Below are positions 51,301 through 63,961 of a stretch of DNA of 64,000 nt, in pieces. A model generated the notes under the pieces. The model had not been told where the DNA came from and searched no databases. It saw only the letters and a program-made list of their open reading frames with translations. The stretch is taken from contig OX597817.1 in the NCBI GenBank assembly GCA_951406725.2, positions 27,900,001-27,964,000 on the forward strand. Direction: 5' to 3'. Origin of the DNA: Octopus vulgaris. Lineage: Eukaryota. A program made the position numbers and the translations under genes. Position 1 is the stretch's first letter, and every line of letters starts with the position of its first letter.

Positions 51301-53837
51301 CAAACACTATGCTTATTTCGGTAAAATCCGAAGCATTAATTAGAGGGAGATTAATTATAATTTCAACAATTGAGGGTAAAATTAATTAATTATTAATCAA
51401 TTTCACCAAGTGTTCAGTATGCAAAGGGACCATTTAAGGCGAATTCAAATTATTACATTATATAAAAGGGCTTAGTAAAATAAATTACTTTGCCGCATAC
51501 TGAACTCATTAGAAATAGCAGCTAAAAAACTTTTTAAAAACTATTTCTAATACTTAAAGAAAACCTCTCTCATATAGTGCTTGCTCAAATCAACTCACGA
51601 AAGTTTGGGGGTAAAGACATCAAAAAATCAAATGCAAAGGTTATTTGAGAACGTACGTTTCAAGATTAGTCAACACGACACTTCTATCATCAGCTCAGAA
51701 ACTCCTTGGTTTGGATTTGAAAACACTGAAAGTGAGAGCATACCCTTTCGGCTTCTCATCGCTTTCGAAGATCTGCTCGTAACTGACAGTGCCAACAAAC
51801 TCAAATATGCAAGCGAAGAATTTCTGTTCTCCCCTTTCCACCAGCGTGGGTTAAAATCAGCAAACACTATGCTTATTTCGGTAAAATCCGAAGCATTAAT
51901 TAGAGGGAGATTAATTATAATTTCAACAATTGAGGGTAAAATTAATTAATTATTAATCAATTTCACCAAGTGTTCAGTATGCAAAGGGACCATTTAAGGC
52001 GAATTCAAATTATTACATTATATAAAAGGGCTTAGTAAAATAAATTACTTTGCCGCATACTGAACTCATTAGAAATAGCAGCTAAAAAACTTTTTTAAAA
52101 ACTATTTCTAATACTTAAAGAAAACCTCTCTCATATAGTGCTTGCTCAACTCAACTCACGAAAGTTTGGGGTAAAGACATCAAAAAATCAAATGCAAAGG
52201 TTATTTGAGAACGTACGTTTCAAGATTAGTCAACACGACACTTCTATCATCAGCTCAGAAACTCCTTGGTTTGGATTTGAAAACACTGAAAGTGAGAGTA
52301 TACCCTTTCGGCTTCTCATCGCTTTCGAAGATCTGCTCGTAACTGACAGTGCCAACAAACTCAAATATGCAAGCGAAGAATTTCTGTTCTCCCCTTTCCA
52401 CCAGCGTGGGTTAAAATCAGCAAACACTATGCTTATTTCGGTAAAATCCGAAGCATTAATTAGAGGGAGATTAATTATAATTTCAACAATTGAGGGTAAA
52501 ATTAATTAATTATTAATCAATTTCACCAAGTGTTCAGTATGCAAAGGGACCATTTAAGGCGAATTCAAATTATTACATTATATAAAAGGGCTTAGTAAAA
52601 TAAATTACTTTGCCGCATACTGAACTCATTAGAAATAGCAGCTAAAAAACTTTTTTAAAACTATTTCTAATACTTAAAGAAAACCTCTCTCATATAGTGC
52701 TTGCTCAAATCAACTCACGAAAGTTTGGGGGTAAAGACATCAAAAAATCAAATGCAAAGGTTATTTGAGAACGTACGTTTCAAGATTAGTCAACACGACA
52801 CTTCTATCATCAGCTCAGAAACTCCTTGGTTTGGATTTGAAAACACTGAAAGTGAGAGCATACCCTTTCGGCTTCTCATCGCTTTCGAAGATCTGCTCGT
52901 AACTGACAGTGCCAACAAACTCAAATATGCAAGCGAAGAATTTCTGTTCTCCCCTTTCCACCAGCGTGGGTTAAAATCAGCAAACACTATGCTTATTTCG
53001 GTAAAATCCGAAGCATTAATTAGAGGGAGATTAATTATAATTTCAACAATTGAGGGTAAAATTAATTAATTATTAATCAATTTCACCAAGTGTTCAGTAT
53101 GCAAAGGGACCATTTAAGGCGAATTCAAATTATTACATTATATAAAAGGGCTTAGTAAAATAAATTACTTTGCCGCATACTGAACTCATTAGAAATAGCA
53201 GCTAAAAAACTTTTTTAAAAACTATTTCTAATACTTAAAGAAAACCTCTCTCATATAGTGCTTGCTCAAATCAACTCACGAAAGTTTGGGGTAAAGACAT
53301 CAAAAAATCAAATGCAAAGGTTATTTGAGAACGTACGTTTCAAGATTAGTCAACACGACACTTCTATCATCAGCTCAGAAACTCCTTGGTTTGGATTTGA
53401 AAACACTGAAAGTGAGAGCATACCCTTTCGGCTTCTCATCGCTTTCGAAGATCTGCTCGTAACTGACAGTGCCAACAAACTCAAATATGCAAGCGAAGAA
53501 TTTCTGTTCTCCCCTTTCCACCAGCGTGGGTTAAAATCAGCAAACACTATGCTTATTTCGGTAAAATCCGAAGCATTAATTAGAGGGAGATTAATTATAA
53601 TTTCAACAATTGAGGGTAAAATTAATTAATTATTAATCAATTTCACCAAGTGTTCAGTATGCAAAGGGACCATTTAAGGCGAATTCCACGCTGGTGGAAA
53701 GGGGAGAACAGAAATTCTTCGCTTGCATATTTGAGTTTGTTGGCACTGTCAGTTACGAGCAGATCTTCGAAAGCGATGAGAAGCCGAAAGGGTATGCTCT
53801 CACTTTCAGTGTTTTCAAATCCAAACTAAGGAGTTTC

Positions 53838-53889
53838 TGAGCTGATGATAGAAGTGTCGTGTTGACTAATCTTGAAACGTACGTTCTCA
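53838..53889 (+). ncRNA. Type I hammerhead ribozyme (inverted arm)
   Basis: TGAG-CTGATGA-tAGAagtGTCgtgttGACtaaTCTt-GAAA-CGTACG-TT-CTCA; palindromic stem III ACGTACGT, GUU site after 53885. Confidence 0.75.
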
Positions 53890-54475
53890 AATAACCTTTG
53901 CATTTGATTTTTTGATGTCTTTACCCCCAAACTTTCGTGAGTTGAGTTGAGCAAGCACTATATGAGAGAGGTTTTCTTTAAGTATTAGAAATAGTTTTTT
54001 TAAAAAGTTTTTTAGCTGCTATTTCTAATGAGTTCAGTATGCGGCAAAGTAATTTATTTTACTAAGCCCTTTTATATAATGTAATAATTTGAATTCGCCT
54101 TAAATGGTCCCTTTGCATACTGAACACTTGGTGAAATTGATTAATAATTAATTAATTTTGCCCTCAATTGTTGAAATATATATATATATATATATATCCA
54201 CTAATTATTTCAGTCTACTGGAGGAATAAAGAAGGAATGAGGTATTTTTGCCTCTTGGCTGAAACAGCTGTAAGACATTTTCCCAATTTATATTCCTGTA
54301 TGTTATATTTTAACAATTACTGGTATCTTTATATATTAATATATTATATATGTAAAGCATATGTTATACATGTATGTATATTCTTGAAGTTGTCATTTTG
54401 GTAAATAAATAAATTGACATAATATAGTGTCTAAAAGTTGATGAACCACCTATTGATCCCCTCTATTTTCTTACT

Positions 54476-54510
<35 letters not shown>

Positions 54511-54527
54511 ATATATATATATATATA

Positions 54528-54655
54528 TACGATGGGTTTCTTTCAGTCAACCAAATCCACTCACAAGTCTTTGGTCGATCCGATGCTCTAATAGAAAACA
54601 TTTGCCCATGATTCCACGTATGGAGTGAAACCGAAGCCATGTTATTGAGAAGCAA
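54528..54655 (-). mobile_element. SINE family A, 5' half, diverged
   Basis: ccaaatccactcacaag..tttggtcg motif; could be the other half of the SINE at 47785. Confidence 0.65.
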
Positions 54656-55413
54656 CGTAATACTGAGATGCTAAATTAAATAATCAGACATAGGTTGCTG
54701 ATGGAGGTTTGATGCTATATTTTGGTTTAGCAGAAATATAATGTAAATAAAAATATTAGTCAATCATTGTCTGTAAACATGTCAATAAATTTGTCAAAGA
54801 AATAAAGAAAATATCTTGTTTTTTAATTATATTTTGGTCGATAGGAGTACAGCAAAACAGAAGTTAGATATGGTAATTAAGCAACTTGTGTTGTTCCATG
54901 GAAGCAGACTATACATGATACTTATATTTCTTGAAGAATCTATATTTGCTTCTTATTTCAAAAGTTTTTGTACGATATGATTCTTAATATTATTATTGCT
55001 GCATCTAATAACTATTTCTCCCATCCCTGCTGCTGCTAATTCTGTTTCTAATATTGACATCTCAAGCTATTTTTAATACTGTTGTAATTAGAAACGTGAG
55101 AGTTAAGCAGTTATTCGCACGGAAAGTTTAATTATTATCGGTTATTAATACGAATGTAACCTACTTCGATTTATTGGGGTTTATATAAGTTAGAGGCTAA
55201 CTGAATAATCGTGTCTTTCACTCGCATTTAAAATAAAGTTTTCTAGAGTTTCACCATTATCCAGTAGCATCAGATTTCATAATTACAAAGTGTAAACATC
55301 TTGCTCGAACCAATATGCATAAAAACATACATATTTACACACAAATATATGTTTACGTGCACACATATATAGACAGAAGTACAGAAAGACAAAAAGACAG
55401 ACAGAAAGATAGG

Positions 55414-55459
<46 letters not shown>

Positions 55460-55460
55460 T

Positions 55461-55548
55461 GTTTTTATTATGGCCACACAGGGCTAAACAGACGAAATGC
55501 AATGTAGAATTTTTCTTTTCGAGGTGGGATGGGTGGGACTGTGTTGTG
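55461..55548 (-). mobile_element. Third Tx1-like 3' end in (GATA)n
   Basis: tttattatggccacacagggct...gtagaatttttctttt matches 17315 and 36463. Confidence 0.65.
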
Positions 55549-55747
55549 TATAGATAGACAGATAGATAGATAAATTCATCAAAAATTTAGATTCAGATGA
55601 ATATGGTACTTAAGTTGAGGCACCAGAATTTAGCATGGTATTGTCCATACAATTTCAAAGTAAGGTGATTAAAATCAAAATAAGCAATAAGGATATCCAG
55701 AGGGAATGCAGCACGATCGTTTCATGCAACTCCATTTAATTGAACAA

Positions 55748-56013
55748 TGCAATCATTACATCAATTTAAAATGCAGAGCATCTGCAAAAAGGCATAGAAT
55801 TTAATAAAATTAGAACAGATGGAACATTAGTATAATTATACCAAAAATCTCCAAGAAGTTAAGGAGACAGCATGTTCTTTGTCTATCCCCTTAACTTCTT
55901 GGAGATTTTAGGTATACTTATACTAATCTGTTCATCTGTTCTAATTTAATTAAATTCTATGTCTTTCTGCAGCTGAGGGTTTCTCTGCATTTTAAATTAA
56001 TGTAATGATTGCA
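55748..56013. repeat. Imperfect palindrome with ~120-bp arms
   Basis: tgcaatcattacatcaatttaaaatgcagag...aatctccaagaagttaagg vs ccttaacttcttggagatt...ctctgcattttaaattaatgtaatgattgca. Confidence 0.85.
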
Positions 56014-56239
56014 GTATAAACCAACATCCTTTTCAGTTCTAAAGAAACTGGTGAGGTACGATGAAGTCAATCCCTAGATAAAGAAAAAATAATTTTGCTA
56101 TTTCATTTCTGCTAAAGCACAAAATAACTACGAGCCACACCAACAACATATATTTCCACTTTCATTTTAACGATTCAGCATTTCCTAATGCTATTTTGAA
56201 TGTAGTCATTTATTTTTAATTAGCCAATTTTTTAAATAT

Positions 56240-56385
56240 TGATTTCATATTTTGGCACTAGGCCAGCAATTTCAAAGAAGAGGGTAAGTCGATTACTTCG
56301 ACTCCCAATACTCAAATGGTACTTATTTTGTCGACTCTGAATGGATGAACGGTAAAGTCGACCACAGTGGAATTTGAACTCAAAA
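56240..56385 (-). mobile_element. SINE family B, partial and diverged
   Basis: aaagtcgaccacagtggaatttgaactc. Confidence 0.65.
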
Positions 56386-58035
56386 AACATACACATGAAT
56401 GTATGTGTATATTTCTGCATGTTTTACGCATGGTAAAATATATAACTAAGCGTACTCTACACTCAAGGATTTCGCGAGCTGCTATAGAATATTGTAGTTA
56501 AAGATTAAAAAAAAATACTTCAGTATAAATATATTTAAAGATTGAAATCAACGTTGACCATTTGAGTGTCTTTATTAGAAAATAGATGAAAAATGTCATT
56601 GGAAAATAATGAAATAAATCAGCAAAATATAAATGATTCATAACTTTAAAATATGGGATATAAATATTTGAAAGATTTAAATAATATACTTTAAAAGCTT
56701 CTCTTGATACGTTTTTGTCTATATTATAAGTCTGTCCTCTACTTGTATTCCTAGTGTTAATGTATTGGTGTTATAAATTTAATGCTTAGCTGCGATTATC
56801 ATTTTTCTTTTTTTTTTACAATAAGAGTATCTTGAAATATTTATTTAGTCTGAGAGTGAAGCTTAAAATTTGGAGAAAATGTAGAACATATACAAGACAG
56901 AAAACCTCCGATGCATCATGTTTTGGCAATAAATGTTACATAAGAAATCCAATTTAAACATTGTTTCGTAGAATAATTATTTAATTCGGTGTGCGACATT
57001 ATGTGAATATTTACAATAAATGAACTAAGATTTATTTATGCGTTCATGTGTGTACAGTGTTTGTGTGTGAGAGGGTAAGTAGTGTGTTTGTGTGTATGAG
57101 AGACAGAAAGAGAACAGGATATATTGTCTGTGTGTTAAAAGTAGAAAGATCGACAGAGAGAACACGAATACGTCTGTTGGAGAACTCAGACAAGTGACAG
57201 TATAAAAATATACTTAATGATATCAGAAATATCAGTCGCAATTGGAAAGAAATTGGAATAATTTTACACAATTTTCCTGTTGAAGTGGGTCTTTCATTTG
57301 AGATTGATTCCTTGTGTTTTGGAACACAGCCCATGAACTCCAATATCAATTTGGGATACGAGTAATTGAATTATTAACCTAAAAGTTCACACTAAAATTT
57401 AAAGTTCAAAGATGATGAAGTTTTGCTCTTCACGAAGCATAGACCTAATTCCCTTACGTACTTTTTCGCTTGTTTTGATATTTATGCAACAGGCTGAGAT
57501 TGTATAATTACAATACACAATAATCAAAGCAATATTTTGGAATGTCTTCTACGCGATGTTCAGAATTTATCATAAGTTTTAAGTGGTTTCAGCACTTGAA
57601 TTACTGTTATTCAACAATACTGTTTCGATATAATAACAGACCACATTGTTAATACTTTAGTAGAACGTTTAAAATTAATTAAGACTACTCTCAAGCCAAA
57701 TTTATGATGAAAGAAAAGAAAATGGCATTTTTTCTCAGATATCAGATTAAATTTTTATCTCTAAGTATGTGCTATCTATGAATCGTGGCTACTTACTACT
57801 CGTATATCAATCACAGTTATCGTTGCTTCCTTCATTATAATACCATTTATGGCTGCGCTAGGTTATAGAAACTTAACGTATAACGTATAAGATTACACGT
57901 ACGTGTATGTGTACATTAAACATAGTTGTATATATAGAGGTGTAGTGGTACTATCTAGCTACCAAATTTTTTCGCCAATTTTTTCTCAATATATAATCAC
58001 TACAGAGGCAAAACGGCCGCCGGTGCCGAGACATA

Positions 58036-58276
58036 GTATGTATGTATATATGTATGTATGTAGGTAGGTAGGTAGGTAGGTAGGTCGGTAGGTAGGTAGG
58101 TAGGTAGGTAGGTAGGTAGGAAGGTAGGTAGGTAGGTAGGTAGGTAGGTAGGTAGGTAGGTAGGTATGTAGGTAGGTAGGTAGGTAGGTATGTATGTATG
58201 TAGGTAGGTAGGTAGGTAGATAGGTAGGTAGGTAGGTAGGTAGGTAGGTAGGTAGGTAGGCAGACAGGTAGGCAGG

Positions 58277-58310
<34 letters not shown>

Positions 58311-58332
58311 TGTATGCGGGCATGTATGTATG
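58036..58332. repeat. (TAGG)n/(TATG)n microsatellite
   Basis: Direct inspection. Confidence 0.95.
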
Positions 58333-59462
58333 AGACGCGAGCCGTGGGAGTAGGTTCATTAGTTCATATACCGGTACAAGTATGAATGGGCAAAAGAATT
58401 TTATGTGGCCTCTCAACCCACTTCATGTGGTGCACTAAAAGCTTCTATGGGCTGAGACCACTTGGCACGCTAGTATCATATTCATATATGCATATGTATG
58501 TCTGTATATTGTTAGGGGGTTAGACAAAGAAATCAACAAACCCGTGTGAGTCAGTCATGTATTGAGAAAAGATTGGTTAAACTCACATCAAAGAGAGCGC
58601 ATATTAATGTTTGAGACCAAGGCACAAGGCCGTCACAAAATATTTGAGTCCAAAGCACTGAGCTATTACAAAAATGTTCTTAGTTTGTTAGTCCTTATTG
58701 GTTGAAAATCCAATGTTGGAGATCGGAGTCGTCAATTTCCTTCGTTTATTCCAAATTCTTAAAATGTCGATCAAAACAAAAGGGAGGTCACTCTTTTTAA
58801 CTTCTTGTGTTGTTACCGTGCTTATGCTGGACTTAGTAGTAAGCCAAAGACAGTGATAAAATTATAGCGAGAAGGAGGAAAACAATGATACTTTCGCGCT
58901 GCCTGTCACTTAGGCAGCAGCGGAGAGACAGACAGACAGAATGGCCTTTGTTAGAGAAAGGTGAGCTTATGAAAGGTGTATGCCTGTCTGCTTGCGGTTG
59001 TCTTCTTTCACAAACCAACTTTTCCCTGTGGAATGTTAGTATTTATAATTATTGCAGAATAGCGAAACAGAGAGACATATCGCCGAGAACAATGGGAAAC
59101 TGACGTAGGTGGCTCTTATTCAATTTCAACTTTTGGTAGCATAGAAGAGGTCAAAAGGGTTAAGTGGAAAAGACATAAATCGACTTGATCCAACCTTGGA
59201 ACGCAAAGATCGTTTCTGATCAACAAATCGACACGTGGAACTGGGAGAGAGTCAAGAACACCTACGTGAGGCTGATGACGTATCGTTTAGAGAAACTGAA
59301 GAGATGTCTAGTCCACGCTAGATATGAAGCCAATGAGTTTTTTTTCTGAAACTTTTGTATGTTACACATACAAAAATAAACAACTGCTCTATATTTTATA
59401 GGGTATACTCTACTCCTGATTTATGATATTGTAACGAAGATATATATATATATGTGTGTGTG

Positions 59463-59506
<44 letters not shown>

Positions 59507-60813
59507 TGTGTTTGTGTGTGAACTTGTGTACATTCTTAAACATTACCCAACGTCTCATCCAACGAACGAGAGTATTAATTCTATAAACGAAATGTATTTA
59601 ACTTTGTACACTTCTGGTCAAGTTTTCTCTCGCAGAGAAGCAAATCTAGTTATTATCATAGGCTTATTTCCATAAATTTGAGTAAAAACAACCTAGTTAA
59701 AAGTTGCGCGCGTTCCATAGCACTATTAAACATATTCTTACATACAATGCATGCATTTATGCAAATCTAAATGAATATGTGTATGTTATTAAACAGGAAT
59801 ACATTAAACTCCACGTGCTCTCAGATGAGTTACAGAAAAGCTCATAAAAAAATGTTATGAAAATACTTAAATAACTAATACAGCTTAGACATATTTCATT
59901 TCTAAACGGATATAGCAATCTGCAGAACCACCCATCAAGAAAGACTTCAATTAATCCACGTATTAATAATATGGATGACATGTTTGTAATATGAAGTGCA
60001 GTGGAGCGAAAGACAAAGTACAAAGACAGATTGGATAAAATGAAGGACTTATGGCTTATTAGTTGTTAAAAGAGGCCTAACATTGTTGAACAAGTCTCAT
60101 ATTCTTTTCTAAAAACATCTATGGCAAATTAGAAAACAAAATGATAATATATTACGTTTGATTCATTTTATATAATTTTTTTTATATCAACTTTGGCTCA
60201 TACTAAATTAATTTTAAACGCAACCAAAGCGTTGCAATACATTTGGAACATTTTATATTTTTTGTCTTCGGAAAAATGATTTCTTCAAAAGATTTTTTTT
60301 CTTTCCGAATTTCAGAGGAACCGTTTGTCGAAATCTTTGTTCTTAACTTTGTTTCGAATAATCCTGTAATATTTTTCCTTCTTCCTTAAAATAAAAAAAA
60401 AAACTAATATTCTTTTAGTTTTGGAGTTCCTACAAGAAATTATATTAAATCCCTTTCTGTTTTATTCGAAACACTATTGATGAGCGTTGAAATGTTACAC
60501 TTTCTTCTTTTCACTCGCCAATGTATTTATTCTGCTTTTCTACTTTGAACTTTATTCATTATTATACAAATTTCTTTCTTCTCGCTTGATTAAACAATTC
60601 ATTCCTAGTTTTCCTACACATTGTTCAGTTTTTTCCCCTTTTTTCACTTGTCACTAGCTGTCTATGTTTCTTTCTCTCTATCAATTTTTCTCCCCCTCTT
60701 TCTATTTCGTAGAACAAATCTTGTAAAAGTTATTTCTTTCTATGAATTTCTACGTTGGTAGCACATGTATAAATGTGATTGGGAGTGTATATGTGTGGAC
60801 GTGCAAACGTATG

Positions 60814-60845
<32 letters not shown>

Positions 60846-61039
60846 AGCGGAAGTGATGTAAATCACTGTATGTGTTTTTTGACGATATGTGGGTGTTCGT
60901 ATAAGTAGATGGGTTTGTAGACGGATATATATCTGTGACGACTCACTCACAACAATATTAACACAGTATATTTCTACATACCTGTATGGTCATACTCATA
61001 CACGCATAAACACACACTCATGCATACATACATACATGC

Positions 61040-61250
61040 ACGCGACCGCGTGTGTATCGTTGACGACTTTTTTTCGTCCGTTTTCCCTTCCTTGGGTCTT
61101 TCCTTTTCCTATGTTTCTGACGAAGAGCTCTGCTCGAAACGTTAAATCCTCCTTCTTTCTTTCCTGTCATGAGCGTCCAATAACACTTGACTTTTTCCAC
61201 GTCCTCGCGTTGTTGTGTTTCCTCTTTGTGTCTTTATGTTTGGATTAACT
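61040..61250 (+). mobile_element. Short dispersed element with a minimal PLE-type hammerhead (61114-61146)
   Basis: TTT-CTGACGAA-GAGC tct GCTC-GAAA-CG-TT-AAA; 3' end runs into (TA)n; homolog at 37910-38100. Confidence 0.7.
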
Positions 61251-61251
61251 T

Positions 61252-61337
<86 letters not shown>

Positions 61338-62349
61338 TAGTGAGAATTTAAGAAAAAAAACGAGAGACGAAGACTGGTGTGTAAACAACAAACAGATGTA
61401 TTAGTTTAACGCTCGGGAAGTGAAAAATTCTAAAACGTTTCAAGCCCACGCTTGGAACACAGAAATATATATATAGACGAGAGACACATATTCTCCATAT
61501 AGAATACACTTCGTAGTGCTCAAGAGGTTTAAACCTAGGCAGGTAATGTAAGAATAAGCAAATTAGGCAAGTCGATATACAAAACATATAAAATACATTT
61601 TATACCCAAAGGTGTACATGTTTGCATATAAAAAGGTCCGACTTACTCAGATTAGAAATAATATCGGGAATTAAAAGGATTCAAGAAGATTTTTACGAGT
61701 CCAACAGCTGTTTCTGTGGGCAGTGGGCTTGGAGGTCTAAAATAATGATTGTAAATTGATTCCATCATTGGATAATACCGGCCACCATCTTTACAATTGT
61801 TATTCTCGCAGATCTTGTTGGATTATTAGTCCAAATCACACCCAAGAGGAGCAGTTCACAATAATGCTTGATGGAGAAAACAGATAATTTTATGCAATTA
61901 TATACTTTCACATCATAAATAATTCAGAAATTAAAAAATCTTCAAGTATCATGTCCAGGATATATCTATTACCTCTTGTCGGACTACAGCTAAGATGTTG
62001 GAAATACTTTAGGTCTCATGATCGGAAAATGCTACTCCTCTAACAGCCCAATGATGATAATGTCTATACTCATAGATACCCCAAGTAACATTTATAAACT
62101 ATTTCATACCAGTTTAAGAATCTTCGATCTATATTTTATAGAGGTAATTTCGAAAGTCGCAGCGAAAATCAGATAGGATTTTGTGGCTTTAATGGAAAAT
62201 TAGTAAAGATGGGGTATCTCCTATCCGCCCCTCCGAAGAGAGGTAGGAATAAGAAAATTTACTGCTACAATTTTCTATTCAACTCCGAAAATGTCTCCAG
62301 GAACATAACCAGGGATATTTTATACCTAATTTCTCAAAACATACCAAAG

Positions 62350-62692
62350 GGTGGCTCCCTTCGGGCATGAATGACTATGGTATTGCACCTAGAAAGTTAC
62401 CCTCCGAGACACCTGTCCGGGAAAAGCTGTTTATGGAAGACCAGTAGTCACCCATGCATACCAGCCTCCCTTCTCCATGCCACTGATGTTTTCCAAGGGA
62501 AAGGCAAAGGGGCCGATACGGCTCAGCACCAGTGACGCCGCAACTCATTTCTACAGCGTAGAGAAATGGAGCAACGTGAAATAAAGTGTCTTGCTCAAGA
62601 ACACAACACGCAGCCCGGTCTGGGAATCGAACTCACAACCTTCTCACGATCGTAAGCTCCACGCTCCAACTACTGAGCCATGCGCCTTCACT
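62350..62692 (-). mobile_element. tRNA-derived CORE-type SINE, family D
   Basis: Minus strand gtgaaggcgcatggctcagtagttggagcg...gagttcgattccc...ttcttgagcaagacactt. Confidence 0.8.
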
Positions 62693-63717
62693 TCAAAACA
62701 TACTAAGTCCAAATAATTACCACAACGTTTTTATGTGAGTAATGTTATGCTAAATTACTCTTGCTTAGTTAATATCACTTCCCAAATCGCACAACAGAGA
62801 AATATGTATCCACGCAAGCCTCACATCAAAATTCTTACCTCCAGGTCCTAAAATCAAACCACTTGTCAACGGAGAAGATTCTATTTGTTATATGATTCTA
62901 CGTTTTCTTTTAAGAACACATTTAATTAGATTATATATGGATTTCACCGCTGCGAAAATTAGATTCCGTTAGTAGAGAATTACCTCCCAGTGAACGGATA
63001 CAATTAACAATGAATCAGAGAGTTGCTTGCCAGCGACATAGCATATTATTTATATTTTTTATTATATTTATTGCTTACTACAAAACTAATACAAACTTTC
63101 ATAGAAGGAAAAATATTATAATTGTCGTAACCTCACAAATCAAAGTAATTTTTTCCTCCAGTAAATCATGTGTTCAACCACACGGAAAGAACTACAAGAA
63201 AATAAACCTGTTCCAATTTGTAATCTTCTTAAGTCATTTGCATTTAATTTTCAGAAAATAAATCCTGCAACGTTAAATTTGTCAGAAATAATTTTCGAAA
63301 CATTTTTGTAAACGTCATTAAAAATTTATATGTGGACAATAGTAAACTTAACTTCAACTCAACAATTAATGAAAGAGTACACAGGTAAATGAAGTGTAAG
63401 AAAAATTACATATGTTTTGACGATGCGCCAGAAGTAAGCAAATATATACGGTGCGAGAGAGAATGGATGACGGCAAATTCTTGTTGTATATGGTTGTCCG
63501 AATTTAATATATGCGTGTGTTTGTATAGCAATTACTATGTTTTGCTTCTGCTCCTTGTAGATATATCTAACAAACATGGTGTCAGCAACTGCTAAATAGA
63601 GTGTGCGTCAAAAATTACGAACTGTAACATTACACTTGATACTACAACTAAAGGCACCAGATTATATCCAAAGATTGCATTATACCAGACGGCGTGACAT
63701 TTGGCCTAATATCTATC

Positions 63718-63774
<57 letters not shown>

Positions 63775-63814
63775 TCTCTCTCTCTTTCTCTTTCTCTCTT
63801 TCTATATATATATT

Positions 63815-63961
63815 TATTTATTGCCCACAAAGGGCTAAACATAGAGGGGACAAACAAGGACCGACAAACGGATTTAAGTCGATTACATCGACTCCAGTGC
63901 GAAACTGGTACTTTATTTATCGACCCCGAAAGGATGAAAGGCAAAGTCGACCTTGGCGGAA
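63815..63961 (-). mobile_element. SINE family B (Tx1-like tail), 5'-truncated
   Basis: tttattgcccacaaagggctaaacatagaggggacaaacaagg...gaaaggcaaagtcgacc. Confidence 0.8.

Larger units (their letters stand above)
48094..54177. repeat. Ten tandem ~560-bp units plus one inverted ~490-bp arm, one hammerhead per unit (PLE pLTR- or retrozyme-like array)
   Basis: Near-identical units 48094-53686, inversion junction gaattc|cacgctgg at ~53686, inverted arm to 54177; (TA)n at both ends. Confidence 0.95.

Noticed and set aside
48219-53629. Ten repeated 122-123 aa ORFs (and 65-aa antisense ORFs) as a tandem gene cluster
   Set aside because: Non-ATG starts, a frameshifting G-run among copies and no recognisable domain; the conserved signal is the hammerhead on the opposite strand
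48094-53686. CRISPR array, rDNA/5S or histone repeat
   Set aside because: Units are identical with no unique spacers, and contain no rRNA, tRNA or histone sequence
57044-57349. Minus-strand ORF with a hydrophobic stretch as a host exon
   Set aside because: No recognisable homology or convincing splice signals; compatible with chance in AT-rich DNA
58060-58262. (TAGG)n as telomeric repeat
   Set aside because: A tetranucleotide microsatellite grading into (TATG)n, not the TTAGGG telomere motif
63359-63595. Overlapping short ORFs as host exons
   Set aside because: No domain or clear exon boundaries recognisable by eye
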